Source: Lama guanicoe
Taxonomy: Eukaryota
NCBI GenBank assembly: GCA_013239625.1
Contig: MU053934.1
Span: forward strand, 5,536,399-5,600,398
Direction of reading: 5' to 3'
Length of the DNA stretch: 64,000 nt
The notes under the pieces are model-generated. The model had not been told where the DNA came from. It ran no database searches and saw only the letters and a program-made list of their open reading frames with translations. A program made the position numbers and the translations under genes. Shown piece by piece: positions 27,875 through 42,059 of this stretch (positions are counted from its first letter, which is position 1; every line of letters begins with the position of its first letter).

Positions 27875-30800
27875 AACTGTAAGAGAATAAATACGCTCTG
27901 CTTTAAGTCACCAAGTTGCTGGTAATCTGTTAGAGTAGCGGAACTAAGTAACACAGATGGCTCAGACAAGGGTGATTACAGTGGAGGTGGTGAGAAGTGA
28001 TTATGTATGCAAAAGGAGCTAACAGAACTTGCTGACGGAGTGGATATGATGTGGGAAAGAGAGAGAAGATGACTCCAAGGTTCTCACCTGAGTAACTTGA
28101 AAAAGCATCACCATTTTACTGAACTAGAGGCAATCCAGTGGCTCAGCACCATGCAAGTCAGTGGCAGTCTCGCTGAAAAACTTTCGGCAGAATTTGACAC
28201 CAGATTAGAGAGGGTTAGAAAGTCCAGAATACTTACAATTTTCTTCAACTACTGCTCTACTCTCTTTCTGGTTATTCATCGTGCATTGCCCTTTCCTTTA
28301 CCCAGCTCCCATCTTTAATAGACTAAAGTTCAAGTAATAAGTGGATTAATTCTCAAATGGGCCAAAGGAAATAAGTTCAAACCACTGTCTTTTAAGGCAA
28401 GGAAGACGCGTTAAGAAGAGGAGGTGGGTCACTTTCATTCATTCAACAAGTATTTATTGAGCATCTCATATGCCATGCCAAGGGCTGTGCTGGATGCTGG
28501 GAATAAAGCCAGAGATAAACTTGGTCCCTTGCCTCACAAAGCTTACGAGAAGAAAAACATAAAATAAATAATTACAAAATTATTTAGCTACAACTGTGGC
28601 TAGTGCTACAAAAGAAAAATTCTGGGTGCTATGAAACTTAATATGAATTAAATGCCTATTATGTGCTAAATGCCTTACATGTAACTTTATTTACCCCCGC
28701 ATATATCCTATGAGGAAATAGAGATTCAGAAGGATTAATTCCCTTGCCCAAGATCACAGAGACAATGAGCAGTAGAGCCACGACCGAAAACAGGTGCAAT
28801 CAACTCTAAAAAACTCATCACTACTATCTCCAAACAGCAGGGGAAATCTACTATACTTTTTAAAAATAAAACAAAAGGGGTGTCCGGAAGAGTTCACAGA
28901 AGGGGTCACATAGGGAAAGTTTTGAGATTCCCTGCTCTAGAAAGAGCTTTCTAAACTCTGATGAAGGTGAATTTTGGAGGGTATTCAAAAATCCCTTAAC
29001 ACTCTCCAAATAGAACAAAAGGTTACACTATAATTAACTCAGTTTTATTTAGGCACCCAACAGGTTATTAAACATGTCAAAAATAAAATGTCATGAATAG
29101 CTTGGCCAAATGGTACAAGTCATGCCCAGTTTTCACACATTCTGTTTCTGCCAGGTTCACCTGCAGAATCAGCTTTAAGGTAAAAGCCAAAAAGGGAGGG
29201 GGGGGGACAATTATGCTACAGAGTGACTGATTTAGGAAAATGATTAAGTAAATAATTGCTTGACTCAGTGTACACAAAGATTCATGACAGATATCACACA
29301 AATGAACCATACCATCCTATGAACTTCTATACTGAGTAAAGGAAATTTTTAAATTTATTTAATTTCAAATAGCTAGTCTATGACCTCATCATACGCTTGG
29401 TTCCCTATTCCCATTCCAGGACCACACACACCCCACACCCCCAACCAAACAATAACAAAAAATCTGAACAGAAAGGAAATATCAACAAGATAATGTGAAA
29501 TGATTCACTGAATCCATAAAACAGAGTTTAAAATACCACAGCATCTTTGCCTTCACTGCCATGATCTCAGGGCATTAACCTAGAATATTCCAATTAAAGA
29601 GTGCAAGGCTCCTGAATGGAAGTTTTAGTTCAAGTGATTTTTCATAGAAAGTGATTATAACATGTATCAAGAATAAGAAAGAAAGAAAACGGCCCTAACT
29701 TTTCATTTCTGAATTGTTTCCCCATATCTTCCTCTTAAAAAGAAAAAAAAGGCAAGCAACATATATATGGCAAATTTAAAAAGACTTTAAAACTATCCAT
29801 TATATAACAAAATATAAAATCAACAGTAAAGCCAGTTTCAACCACGATAACACCACTCTAATACCAAAATGCAACATGGTGCGTCCTAAAGTATGAGGAG
29901 AGGGCAACTTTCCAAGTCCCTGTAAATTTTGCGGTAGTGAAAATATGTTCTAATTGACCACAATTAAGAGATTCTGGCATTACTTACACCATTTACAGTT
30001 ACAAAGATACTGAAATACTAACAAAAAAAATTTGTTTTAATGTGGACATTCTGGTACGCCCTTGTTTAGTAAGTACTTACTGTGCAACTTAACATGTGAA
30101 GTCCCTATTGTAGCTTTCCATTTCAGGAATGGCAACAAGATACATACAAGGAATATTGCAAAGAATATTTTGAGAGCTACAACACCTTGATTACTACCAT
30201 AAAAGATTCTCACTGTATTGACATTTTCACTACGCAAAATTAAGTGAACAGGAACAAACATTTACTGGAGGCAAAGTTAAGCACTTCACACACATTATGG
30301 TAGGGAGTCACCATCTCTTAATTCAAAGACAGACTTGGATTCAAATCCTGACAGTGATCTTCCTAAATCAGTTCATCCCTCCAAGCTTCTCTTACCTCAT
30401 CTGCAAAATGGTGCTATTATTATTTCACAGAGCCGGTGAGACGATTAATCAGGCAGCACGATGACTAACAAACAGGAATCACTGTTACGTCCCTTTACCT
30501 TTCTCCACGCTCCTTGTAATAACCTCATGTTATAGGAATTATTAACTCCATTTTACAGATGAGGATATCGAGTCACAGGTTAAGTAGTGAGTTTACGGTC
30601 ACACAGCTAATAATCGTCAGTACCTAGCTCTGCTCATGCCCTAAAACTTGACATGTTATTTCACTAGTTATTTTACTCTCTCATACTTGGAAAGTTAGAA
30701 TTTTTTTTCAAATTATACCCATTATACATTAAATTTTCATACAACAACAAAGACTTTTCCAAATACCAAAATAACCCATAATTCTCAGTTGCAGTTTCAG

Positions 30801-32380
30801 AGGTCAAAGACCTGAAAACAGCCTATCTTCAAATTCAGTAACAAATGGAGGACACATTCCAGACTGCAAAGTGAACTATCCAAATTATTTTTTACTGGCA
30901 CTCATTTATTCAGGAAATGACTTCTAAATGCATACTGACAAGAGTGAGTGAGGAAGCAAATGCACCAGACATACCACAGAAGTTGAAATATGGTGTATGC
31001 AGAAAAGAAAAAGAAATTTTCACAACACTTAGTCTTCCAAGGATTCTGCAAATCTTTTATTATTGCTATGTGAGCCAGTCTTGAACACAGGGTGAGGAAC
31101 TGATCCAGGCTCAGCCACTAGATTGTTGCGGAAACTCAAACCATTTAATTTCTCAGTGCCTCCATTCAACTAAACAATCAGAGTTGGGCTTGAGTCACTG
31201 AACCACAGAACTGAAGGCAACTGAAGCAATTAGTTCCACCCAAGGCACCCAGGCAGTTCGCCCAATTTCTGCTTTAACACCTGCAGCGACACGGAGTTCA
31301 ATTATCTTCCCTCTTCAAAGAAGTGACATATAGTTAATATTCTTAAGAATTCTGCAGATTCTTTTGTGACTCAGTCACAAAAGTCTTCATTGTGGGTAAT
31401 TTTACTATGGGTTCCAGTTCCATCTCTAAGCTCTTTTCAAACATACGCAACTTTAAGGACTACTGCTGGTTAAACCCCTTATGCAAATATAGGGCCTGGT
31501 AATTTAAAGGGACAACCACAGGGTATGAGATACCCTTAACAGGCAACTGTGCACCTCCTGAGCTCTTGTTTTAATTGTGAAGTTCAACTAATAAAAGCCA
31601 CTAGGTCACACTACTTGGTGAAGTAAAAATTTATTTAGATGTAGGTACTTGAACTGGATAAAGTGATGCTGAAGCAGCAATAACTGACATTTAAATACCT
31701 CCTTCTGAGTACTCATATTTTACATTCATTCATCTCTGCCTCCAACCTCATTCACCCGGGGTCAGTTCTATGCTACTGCTAGAAAATAATGATGATGATG
31801 CATGTAAACCTGTTTCAAAGACTTGGCATCTTTTTTAACTTATTTGATCCTCATAGCAGCAACATAAAGCAGGTACCATTCTTATCCCGATTTAAGTTAC
31901 TGAGTCACTGAGAAGACAAAGTAGCAAGAGTAACACAGTCACACACCCGGTCACAGAGTTAGCAAGCGGTGGAGCCAGGATTTGAACCCAGGCAGTCCAG
32001 CTCTAGCATTTAACAACTTAAGCTCTGTAACTGCTTGTCTATCACTTTGATAAATTATGTTCTCTTCACACCAGAAAAATGACCCCACCCTCACCTTACA
32101 CATAAAGATCAGGTATTTATCCTTAGTGTCAATGCTGGCCTAGACTACTTAAAACATTTCATGTGGCCATAATTTCATGTCCATTTCCACAAACTAGTCT
32201 TATATGTGGAAGGTGCACAATAAGCACAAAATACATATTTGTGAATATCTATTAAATGAATTAAATCTTTCCCAATTCCTTCAGCATCCCAAAGGTAATC
32301 TTTCCCTCCTCTGAATCCTTCCCTCCCTTCCCTCAGCATTTTGTGCTTTCTTCCAACACATCTTTTTCTACACTTTCCAC

Positions 32381-32890
32381 TGTGGTAGCCAGCCGCCAAG
32401 ATGGCCCCCAATGATCCTCACCTCCTGGCAGTCACATCCTTGTGTAGTCCCTTCCTATAAAGTGTGACCAACAGAATGCTAGAGAAAGGATGGTATGGAA
32501 CTTCTGAAGCTAACTGATAAAAGACAACGCAGCTTGGTCTCTTGAATTGCTTGCTCAGGGGGAAGCCAGAGGCCATGCCATGAGGGCACTCAAGTAGCTC
32601 TATGGAGGGGCCAACATGGAGAGGAACGGAGACCTCCTACCAATAGCCTGCACCATCTTGCCAGCCACGTGAGTAGCCACCTTGGAAGTGGATCTGCCAA
32701 CCTAAGTCAAGCCTTCAGACGACTGCTATCCCAGCTGACATGTTACTGCAATCTCCTGAGAGACCCTGAGCCTAAAACCACTCAGCCTAGCTGCTCCTGA
32801 ACTGCTGACTCATATAAACTGTGAGAGATAATAAATGTTTATTGCCATCTTAAGTACTAACTTTTAGGGTAATGTGTTACACAGCAAGAG
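32381..32890 (+). mobile_element. MLT1E/F-like MaLR solo LTR
   Basis: tgtggtagccagcc..caagatggcccccaatgatcct...cttggaagtggatc...gtgagagataataaatgttt. Confidence 0.85.
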
Positions 32891-35309
32891 ATGGCAGGGG
32901 ATAGCTAATGGTATTCTCTAAAACTATAAGCTACTTACGAGTAGAGACTATTTCTTTGATTCTCAAAACTCCATTAAAGCCTTAGAAATAAAAAGTGCCT
33001 ATATTTGTTGAATTGTGTCAGTGGACTATTCCCCTTTGTCCATTGTTCCTCTTCTTCCAAAATGTATCCATTTATAAACTGTTTCCTACACCAAAAGTAC
33101 TTCATCTTTACTCTATCAATGTGCTCCCTTTTCTCTTTCAAAGACCCTCTGAAATATACTTCTGAGCATCTACTATGTCCCAGAACTGCTCCTGAAGCTG
33201 GGAATGAAAAACAAATAACCCTGTCCTTATGGAGTTTATGGTCCAGTATATTCCCCTGCCATCATGGTCTCTCTAAACATAATACGACAATCTTTGCTAA
33301 TATGACTTCAAAATTCTAGTTTCTCCTTTGTAAAAATTAGGTATTCAAAAATGATTTTCCCCCTTTCATTGTCTACTTAATTGGCCATATGTCTGCATAT
33401 GCTTTTCTTTTACACTTAAATATTTAAGCTGCTGCCTTGAGACAAGTCCATACCTGTTTAACTACTTTGCGCCCCACATAGAATCTGTATGTATCAATGG
33501 CCTCCATTTTTACTGAATATTTCCATGAGCCACAGTTTTTAGCAAATATCATCACATTTAAAAGTATAAAATAAATACTATTTGATAAAAACAGCCTTTA
33601 TTTATTATCCAAGCCCTAACAACTCTCAATCAAATATGAAAAATTTATTTTACAGAAAGTAGTTTGTAACAGAAGCAGCAAAATGATATATGTAGGTGGA
33701 ACTTTCTCACCTCGTATATTTAGTACTTCTACAAAACAAAGTGTTCAAAAAAAAAAAAAAACAAGCTTGCTACACTTTAAAGTGAGAGATTCAAGTCCTG
33801 GCTCTGTCAATAACTGTGTAACCTCAGACAAATTATTCAACTACCCTGAGCCTCAGTTTCCATATCCTAAGGTGGAGGCAAAATCTACTTCATAGGGTTA
33901 TTGTGAGTATTAAGCAATGCATTAAAAGCCTAGTTTGATGCCTGTTACATAGAGGACATCCAGGAAGGTCAGTTTCTTTCCCCTTCCCTGGAGCATGTAC
34001 CTATGGTCGGAAGATTTGTCAGGAAATCTTTCCAAGCTCAATTTCTTCTGTTTGGAATGATCTTCCTCTCTTTCATCTAATGAGTTAAGATTCAGCTCAA
34101 ACACCACCTTCTCCTATAAGTCCAAAGGAAAAGTTTCCTTCATTCTCTCATATAGTTTTGGGTTTGTACTTGGAGTTCATGTCAGTGTGTTACAATTACC
34201 TGTCACTTTCTGCCCATCCCACAAGACTATGAGCTCCTCATGAGCAGGGAACATATATCTCACTTATCTTCTGAACCTCAGCTTTTAGAAAAACACCTGG
34301 CAGGTTATAGGCACGAAACAAAGAAATTTACTAGATAAATGAATGAATAAATGAATGAAGTCGTTACTTAAGTAGTACCCATAATCACTACTGGGTGACT
34401 TGACCAAGCTTTATGCTTTTGCCCTTTATGGGCTGAGATGCTGTTCTGCACTTCTTTTGAATCCCTTCCTCATAGCACTAAGGACATGGAAAGTCTGCAA
34501 TAAATACTTCTGGATTACGGGATACATATTACTCTTTCATCTCACATGATTTCACTCTAAATTAAAAAAAAATGTATCCTAACAGATGAGTTTTTTGGAG
34601 GCCTTTTAAAACAGGAGCTCTTCTTAACCGTTATTGCCAAAGAACTGAAGCAAATGCTAGAACTACACTACAGCCAGTTTTTCTTTGCATGTATTTTTGA
34701 AAAAAACAGTGATGGTTTGCTTCTTTCTAAATCATTTCATTAAGAAATTAAGTATCATAAAGCCCTTTGATTCACCATGAAAAATGCAAACGATGCTAGG
34801 CAAAAACTTCAGTAACTTTCAGCCAAAGGTTCCCCACCCTACAGTCATAGGGCTGTGGGCCAGCTGGCTGTACCACCTCACCCCTGGGAGATGGCTGCTT
34901 TTCAACAGTAAAATTGCATAAGCGAAATGTGGAAGTTTTAGGGGTCTTCAGAAGAGAGACATAAATTTAACTTCGTATTGATAATAAAGATTCTGTTAAC
35001 AGGTTTTTGCTTCAGAAAGAAAAGACCTTGGTAAGATCTCAAAAACTGGCAACTTTGGGGACATTTCAGACATCTTATGGATTTTCAAGTATGTAAAAAT
35101 ACATGAAGCTAGGGGTAATTTCACTACTACATTTAAGTGACACACTTCTGATTCCTGTATACACACACCTCATGACAAGTATAGGCTGATAAGCAGTTAA
35201 CTGTCCACCAAACTGCCCTTTAGTTATGCTACACAACAGGGAGAAAACAGAAATCCTGACAAAGCCAAGCGGGCCAGTGCTTACACACACGTAGTCTACC
35301 ATGATTCTC

Positions 35310-35530
35310 AACATCATATAAGCAAACATTTCTTGGGCCCTTTACTAAGGTGTCAAGCGCTGTGTCAAACATTTTATGTGAAATATTTCATTTCATAATT
35401 ACAACGACCCTGTGTGACAAATACTTGTATCATTCCCAATTTTCAGATAAGGAAACTGAGGCCCAAAATTACACAGGTAGCAAATGGCAGGCTTGAGAGT
35501 CTGACTCGAAAGCTCCAGCCCCAGCAACCA
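35310..35530 (-). mobile_element. MIR SINE
   Basis: attttcagataaggaaactgaggccca...cacaggtagcaaatggcag. Confidence 0.75.
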
Positions 35531-35779
35531 CAGAGGATCAATGCACTTGCATTTTTGCCAGGGTGGGGGATGTAACCAAAGTGTCCTGACAGATAGGCAC
35601 TTTGTTAGACAGTCAAGTTCTTGGCCGTCAAGTTTCAAATCTGCCAGATTCCTTACACCTGGCGGCATTCGGGTTGCTACACAAGCATCAACAAGTCCAG
35701 GTGAGACTCCTTTACCTGGGAATCCTGGGATTGCACACGGATCCTGAGGGTTTGCACAAGATCCCAGAGAAAGCGCCCG

Positions 35780-36660
35780 GTCCCTGCAATCACTATACGC
35801 CCGGGGCGCAGAGGGGGCGGAACCTCGGTGCCCACCCACCGGCGCAGCCCGACGCCGCGGCTCACAGGTGCACCGCCGCGCCCCGCGCCGCCCGCCGAGG
35901 CTCTGCGACCCTAGCCCGAAGGAGCAAGGAGCGGGGCGGGGGCGGGGGCCGGGAGGGGACCGGGACGCGAGGCCGGCCCCGCGGGACCACCGAGGGCGCG
36001 CGCGCGCAGCGTGGTCGCGAGGAGAAAGGATGCTCGGGGCGGGGCGGGGCCGCGGTGGGGGAGGGGTCCCTGCCCGGACTCTCACTCACCGCCTCGCTCT
36101 CCTCCCGGCCCGGGCTCAGCGGCGGTTCCCGCTCCGGCTCTCACAGCGCACGTCTCCTCCCGAGGCTCAGCGTCCAGCCGGGGCGCGCGGAGCTGGAGAG
36201 AAGTCGGAGAGAGCGGAGGGCGTGCAACGAGCGGAGCCGAGAGGGTAGGAAGGATGGGACGGTAGCTCTGGCCGCCGTCGCAGACACCACAGACACCGCC
36301 GCGGCCGGCTCCTCTCAGCCACGGAAGCTGCGGGCCCTCCCACCACACCCGCCTCCCGCCCCACACACCGCCCGCTGGAAGAGTGACGGCGGCGCTGGCC
36401 AATCAAAGGCTTCGCAGAGACCGAGACCGGCGGACTACGGGGAGGGCGGGGACTGGAAGGGTTGAAGGGAGGGGGAGGACGGCGGCGGGACTTCCTGTGA
36501 CTGACGGCCCGGCGCAGCCAATGAGCAGCGGGGAGATGACCTCATTGCCGAGGGAAGTCTGGAACTGGCCGAGTGGCGGCGAGGAGGTGGGAGGAGGTCG
36601 GAGACCAGCCGGGGGCGGGGCGCTGAGGCCTTAAAGAGGCCGCAGCCCATTGGTCACCCA
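35780..36660. promoter_or_regulatory. MRTFA: CpG island / TATA-less promoter of MRTFA
   Basis: Very high GC and CpG content. CCAAT boxes at 36399-36403, 36518-36522 and 36649-36653 (reverse), GC box GGGGCGGGGC at 36612-36621, ETS-like ACTTCCTG at 36490-36497. Confidence 0.92.
36090..36385 (-). other. MRTFA: MRTFA (MKL1) non-coding exon 1; 5' end approximate
   Basis: Lies in a CpG island and ends at a consensus minus-strand donor GGCG|GTGAGT (intron starts 36089). Divergent position upstream of MCHR1 matches the recalled human MRTFA-MCHR1 arrangement. The TSS is only inferred from an Inr-like TCACTCT near 36385. Confidence 0.8.
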
Positions 36661-38284
36661 GTCTTGGGACGGGCAGTGGACCCAGTCAGACCTCGTCAAG
36701 TTGCCAAGGGGTCAATGCCGCGAGCTCTTACTGCAGTAATCCTCCCGACCCCATCAGGATCCTGCAAGGGGGCTGACGGGTCTCTGCCTGGGGCTTATAA
36801 ATCTATTACTACACTTTCACGCTTCCCAAAAGAAGACACAATAAATTCCGTACTGGCCCGGAGCCCTGAATTCCCGTTACAGCCCCCGCCCCACCGAGGC
36901 CTGCCGTCTCGTCTCTCTGAGCCAGTTTCCCCAACGGTAGAAGGGAGGATACTGGCACCTACCTACAGCTCCTTACCTGCCTAGAATGTTGAGATCATTA
37001 ACAGCGAAAGTGCTTTGGGCTTCGAGAAGGAAAGGCTGAATGAACCCTAAAGCTTGTATCAGGAGACTCCAGGAGGGAGGAGGATCTGTAAAAGTGAGGA
37101 CGGCACTGGATGACTCCCGACGACTCTTGCAATTGTGAAATTCTAAAATGCTGATGTCCTGCTCTTTCCAGCATCCACTCTTGCAGCGAAGGGGTGTGTG
37201 TGTGTATGTGTGCGCGCGCGTGGGTCTCCTGCATTAGACCCAGATACCAACAACGTGGACTTGGTCCATGACTAAAACAAAGAGAAAATGCAGGCTACAA
37301 GGGAGAGAGTAATAAGTAAAGCAAGGTCCACTGTGGTGAGTGCCTTGGTGGAGGCAGGCCGTTTGCTTCCCCTCCCCCAGCAATGGGAGGGAGCCAAGAA
37401 AAGGCGAAATAACTCCAACTTGGCGGGGTGGAAAGGCGGGGAAGTGCTTTCCCGAAAGCTTCCTGGGGAGGGATGGTATCACCAGACAGGGTAAGGAGGG
37501 AGGAGTAACAGTAGCTACAGGAAGAAGGGGGCTAGCGCGTTCTCCCAGGTTTAGGAAGAAGCAGTGTGAAGGCACAAAAAGTGGAAAGAGGCAGCTCATT
37601 TTACATTCCAGAGTAAATTCTTACTATGCTCCCCTGTTCTCCCCCAAAAGTCTCCCCAGGCTGCCCTTTGGTGTAACTCTGAGGAAGGGCAGGCGAGGGC
37701 GCCTCTCCCGCTCGGTCGCTCGATCCAACAGCTGCAAAAGCCAAAGTGAGCCTTGATATTCCCAATTATTCATCTACACGTCAGCTTCAAGTTCAGTGTC
37801 CCAGCTGGGCATAGAATCTTGTAGTTCTGGCAGGATCCTTGTGGCCTCATAGTCACATACCTTCCCCCAAGGCAAGAATCCTTCCACAAAAGTCCTGATA
37901 AAGTTATTTATTTAACAAGTATTTCTGGAGGGGAGAAGATAAATAAGATAGTCACTGTCCTGGGGATGCTTTCACCAAACTGGGGGAAGTTGTCACATGC
38001 CGAGATGACCATCACATCAGGCAGAATATCCCAAGTGTCATGACCAACAAAGAGGGCCCAGAGGTACACCTCAGAGGCGAAAGTACTGCTGGTCAATTAT
38101 TGGGGTGGGGCAGACTTCCTCAAGACAAGACCAGGCTGGAGCATTCCAGACAGGGTCCACCTAGACACAGCCTTCCTGAAACAGCCGGGGTGAGAAGAAA
38201 GCACAGTGTACGTTATTAGTCATGGGAAAAGTGATAGCCCACTCACCACCTCCCAAACAGGCTTGTTCTTTTTTAGAACATCTT

Positions 38285-38288
<4 letters not shown>

Positions 38289-38321
<33 letters not shown>

Positions 38322-38341
38322 TGTGTGTGTGTGTGTGTGTG
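38289..38341. repeat. Compound (TA)n(GT)n microsatellite
   Basis: Directly visible. Confidence 0.95.
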
Positions 38342-41300
38342 ACATATATGGTATGTATGGTATTTATACATATTTCTTATGGATGATCTGTCTCCCTCTA
38401 ATCTCTAACCCTAAGTCCTAATGTCATCCCCAGAAGCCAAACAGAACACGGCTAATCCCACTGCGTCATGACAACACTCCAAATATTTGAAGATGACGCT
38501 TTTGCTCCCATTCCCCATCCCCCAAAACAACAGGGATTAAGTTTCTTTTTCTTGCCACCATTCCTCAGATGATGGCTTCCATAGCCTCACTATCATAATG
38601 GCTTCATGGGGACATCTTTGGTTTGTCAAAGTCTCTCAGGGACATGTGTTATTTTTGCTTTTCTTTCTTCTGGTAAGGGACCACTCATCCCCACTCTTGG
38701 TCTATAGGTCAGGCTTCCTTGGGGCTGACTTTACCACTCACCTTTCAGGGGAGAGGGGTCAGTGCACAGCCCAGTCCTGATCAATCAGCTCACTGCTCAC
38801 CCCTCCCCACCACCGGCACCTGTAGGGACTGATTTAGAGACAGGCACGTGGCCCAAGGCAGTCCAAACAGAATGAGTCCTGGGCCCCTCGTTGGAACTAC
38901 CAGAGGGAGAAGTTCTCAGTTCTCCTTGCAGTGAGGCTGCTGAAGTGTCCAGCTATTTGCTTGGAGTTGGAGGGAGACCACAGGAAAGAACCTGCTTGGC
39001 AATAAAGCCAATAATGAGAACGAACAAACTCCCAGGTCTGCAAGAACAAAAAAGGCCACAGCAGGTGATGACTGTATGAGAACCTGGATCCAGCTGTTTT
39101 TCTGGCTACTTGATTTGGTAGGTGTCTTAGGGGAGGGTCCTTAGAAACTGCCTGTAAGAGAGATCCAGTGAACGGGATTTCCTAAGGGAGGAAAAACCTA
39201 TAAGGGTGGAAGTTGAGCAGGACAGGGAAAGGGAAGGAGCCAAGCAAGGCTCATCACTTGGCCTGATCACAGCAGAGAGCTCTGGAGCATAAACCACACC
39301 ATGTCGTCATCCCACCATGGGGCAGCTGAGTGTGCCCCAGGATCCATCAGCCATTGGTAGTGAAGGGGTTAAGGTCACCAAAGCTACTCCCTTCAGCCGG
39401 GCAGTTCTCTGGAATTTGGGGCATCTGGGAACCCTTAGCTGCCCACACTCTCGGCAGCTGGGGGCCGCTGGGGGCCGGTGCGCTGGCCTGTTAAAGAGGT
39501 CTGGGAGGGGCACCGTTTGAGTCTAATGCTGGGGGCCAATTCATTCCCTTCCCACTTGGGTTTCTGTTCCTTAGAAACCAAAATGTGACTACCTAGAATA
39601 CTCAAGTGTGATCTGACCACCACCGAGTAGGGGGAGACCTTGGCCTTCCTTGATCTGACTCTGCATCCATCAGTACACTAGACAATCACATTAGCAAATT
39701 TAGTGGCTGTCCTGACCCTTTGGCTCAAACTGACTTTATAACTGATCATTTCCACCCTCTTTCCTTTAATGCTCTTTCCCCACAGTGATACTAAGCCAAA
39801 TCCACTCTTTCCTTTAATTAATTATTCAAGACATATATGGGACTTTAAGCTTAACCCTGCTAATTCTTAGCAGTACTTGTCATTTTGTCCATTTCCATCC
39901 TTTGCTGCAAGGTGCAGTGAACACAGGCTGATTTGATTGTCACCCATCTGCCACTTCTAACTGTATTGCTGTTGCTGAAAGAGGCACGCCCAATGACAGA
40001 AACCTCCAGCAAACCACCAGAGACTGATTTCCCCTCCTTCCAAGCTGGAAAATTTATTCCACCTGTGCTTTCTCTCGCTGTCTCTTTTCCTGGGGAATCT
40101 CTCCAAAGGTGTTTCCCGGGACTTGACCAGTCCTTCCTCAGCACATCTTGCTCTCTCCTGTTTCTTCTTAAGTCTTTGTTCTGTTTGGTCCCTCTGCCTA
40201 AATGGTTTCTCTTTTATCTTTTTTCGCATCCCAGCTCACATTCCACTTCCTCCAGGAAGCCCTCCACTGTTCCTCAAGCCTAAATTAATCTTCCCCTTAG
40301 CTCCTGGAGTGCCAAGCTCAATGCTAAGCATTCTGAGTGCATTGTCTTTTCTCACTCCTGTAGTATCCCTGAGGTGGGTGCTGTTACAATCCACATTGTT
40401 CGATGAGGAACCAAGACTGAGAGATGAATTAAGTAACTCACTATCACTAGCTAAAAACTGGTAAAGCCAGGTTACAGAGAGTAAAATTAGAACTCTGGCT
40501 GTAATTCAATAAACAATTTGTTGGCTACCCACAAGAAACTAGAGGAAATATTAGAAAGTGATATAGGCAATCCTTGCCCACGATTCAAGAACAGGGTCTA
40601 TAAATGGCACCAGTATGAACAACGCTGTAAGGACAGTAGAAATGAAATAAGAGAAGGGAGAGCCCGTGTCTCGTAGAAAACCCAGTTAAGGACACATGAA
40701 GGAGTTTATGTTTGACAGGCCGGAATGAAGTGGGGCCCTGCACCTTAGGGAACACTGTGAGCAACAGCACAGAGGAAGGAATACATGGGGCATATTTGAG
40801 CAAGCGAGTTGTCTGGTTTGTTTGAGAGATAAGGCTTCAGGCCTTGGCTGAGGCCCTGTTGTAAAAAGTAAAGGATGCCAAGGCAAGGTGGGCATTGGGC
40901 TTTTGAAAAAAGGATCCGAACTGTGTCTTAAGAAGAGTTTCCCGGTAGTTAGTTGATGGGACTGGAAGGAGACTGAAATGGGGTTGCAGAGATAAGTTAG
41001 GAGACCACTCCTGTTGCCCAGCTGAGAGGAAATTAGGACCTACAAGGGTGCCAGCGATGGACTTAGATTACTTTTTTCCCCTCTACTCTCCTAAAGATCA
41101 TAACATCCTTGAGAAGTGTCAATCATTTTTTTAAAAATGTGCCCGTAACTGCTAAACTGCTAGCAATTTCTTGATATGTAATAAGTACTCAGCAAATGTT
41201 TTTGGAGTTGAATTGAATGCACGAGCAGGGTGATAAATATAGTTTTATAGGAACTCAGGCCATGCCTGCAACCATCTTCAGTATTACCCAGGAACAAAAC

Positions 41301-42059
41301 TAAGCGAGTTTTTTATTCAGCACCTAATATATACATCACCCTCTCATTCATTCTCCTAGTGGTAGGTACTGACATTGTTTCCATCTTACAGAGCAGAAAA
41401 ACTGAGGGCCAAGCAAGCAGGGTCACCAACCTTCCCAGTGTGCAGGGACGGAGAGGTTGGGCTGCAGGACATTCAGTGCTAAAACCGGAACAGCCCCAGG
41501 CAAATCCAGAAGGTTTGTCGCCCTACCAAGAAACCTTGCTCCACATTACACAGCCAGGGTTTAAACACAAGTCTGACCAGCTCAAACCACTCCCCCCCCA
41601 CCACGGGATTTTATTTTGGCTTTCTGATCACTGCAGCCAATAAAAATATCTTATTTGGGTATTTGGGGAATAGAATCCAAACATACTCTTCTATTGAATT
41701 TGGCCCATGTATTTGGAGCCTACTTGAGACGGGTGCGTGGAGAGAGGGAGAGAATCACAAAATGGATGGGTTTTTGTCAGAGAAAAGGAACCCAGGGTGG
41801 GGAATGTGTTCCCTGGCCAACAACCTTACGGAGGCGGTCGGCTTTAAAAACTGTTCTTTGGCGCCACCCAGTGGTTAAGGGCTGTACACCTTTCCTTTCT
41901 CCCTAGATTAGAGAACAGGTAACGCTTATCAGTGTTTATCAATGGTGACAGGTGAAACCCAGCTGAAAGTACTTTCTTCTTGCGGAGCACAAAGATTTGG
42001 CTTTAAAAATACAAACTAGCAGAGCTCTTTCTCTCTCTTTTTTCCTTAAATGAAAGTTG

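Larger units (their letters stand above)
27094..27955 (+). mobile_element. MLT1C/D-like MaLR LTR, interrupted by a SINE
   Basis: tgtggcagactgaa...aaagatatccacatcc...cctgtgaatgttac...gcagatgtgattaa...ttaagtcaccaagt. Confidence 0.85.

Noticed and set aside
27666..27969. Poly-Lys/Arg and poly-Ser ORFs
   Set aside because: Translations of the GAG/GAA simple repeat.
28142..28160. REST/RE1-like TCAGCACCATG
   Set aside because: Only the left half-site matches; the right half (GGACAG) is absent.
35399..36650. Multiple long Arg/Gly/Pro-rich ORFs on both strands
   Set aside because: Stop-codon depletion in the CpG island. No homology recognised, and the region is promoter plus non-coding exon 1.
35780..36700. 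CArG box for SRF/MRTF autoregulation in the MRTFA promoter
   Set aside because: No perfect CC(A/T)6GG seen by eye, only near-matches such as ccttaaagagg.
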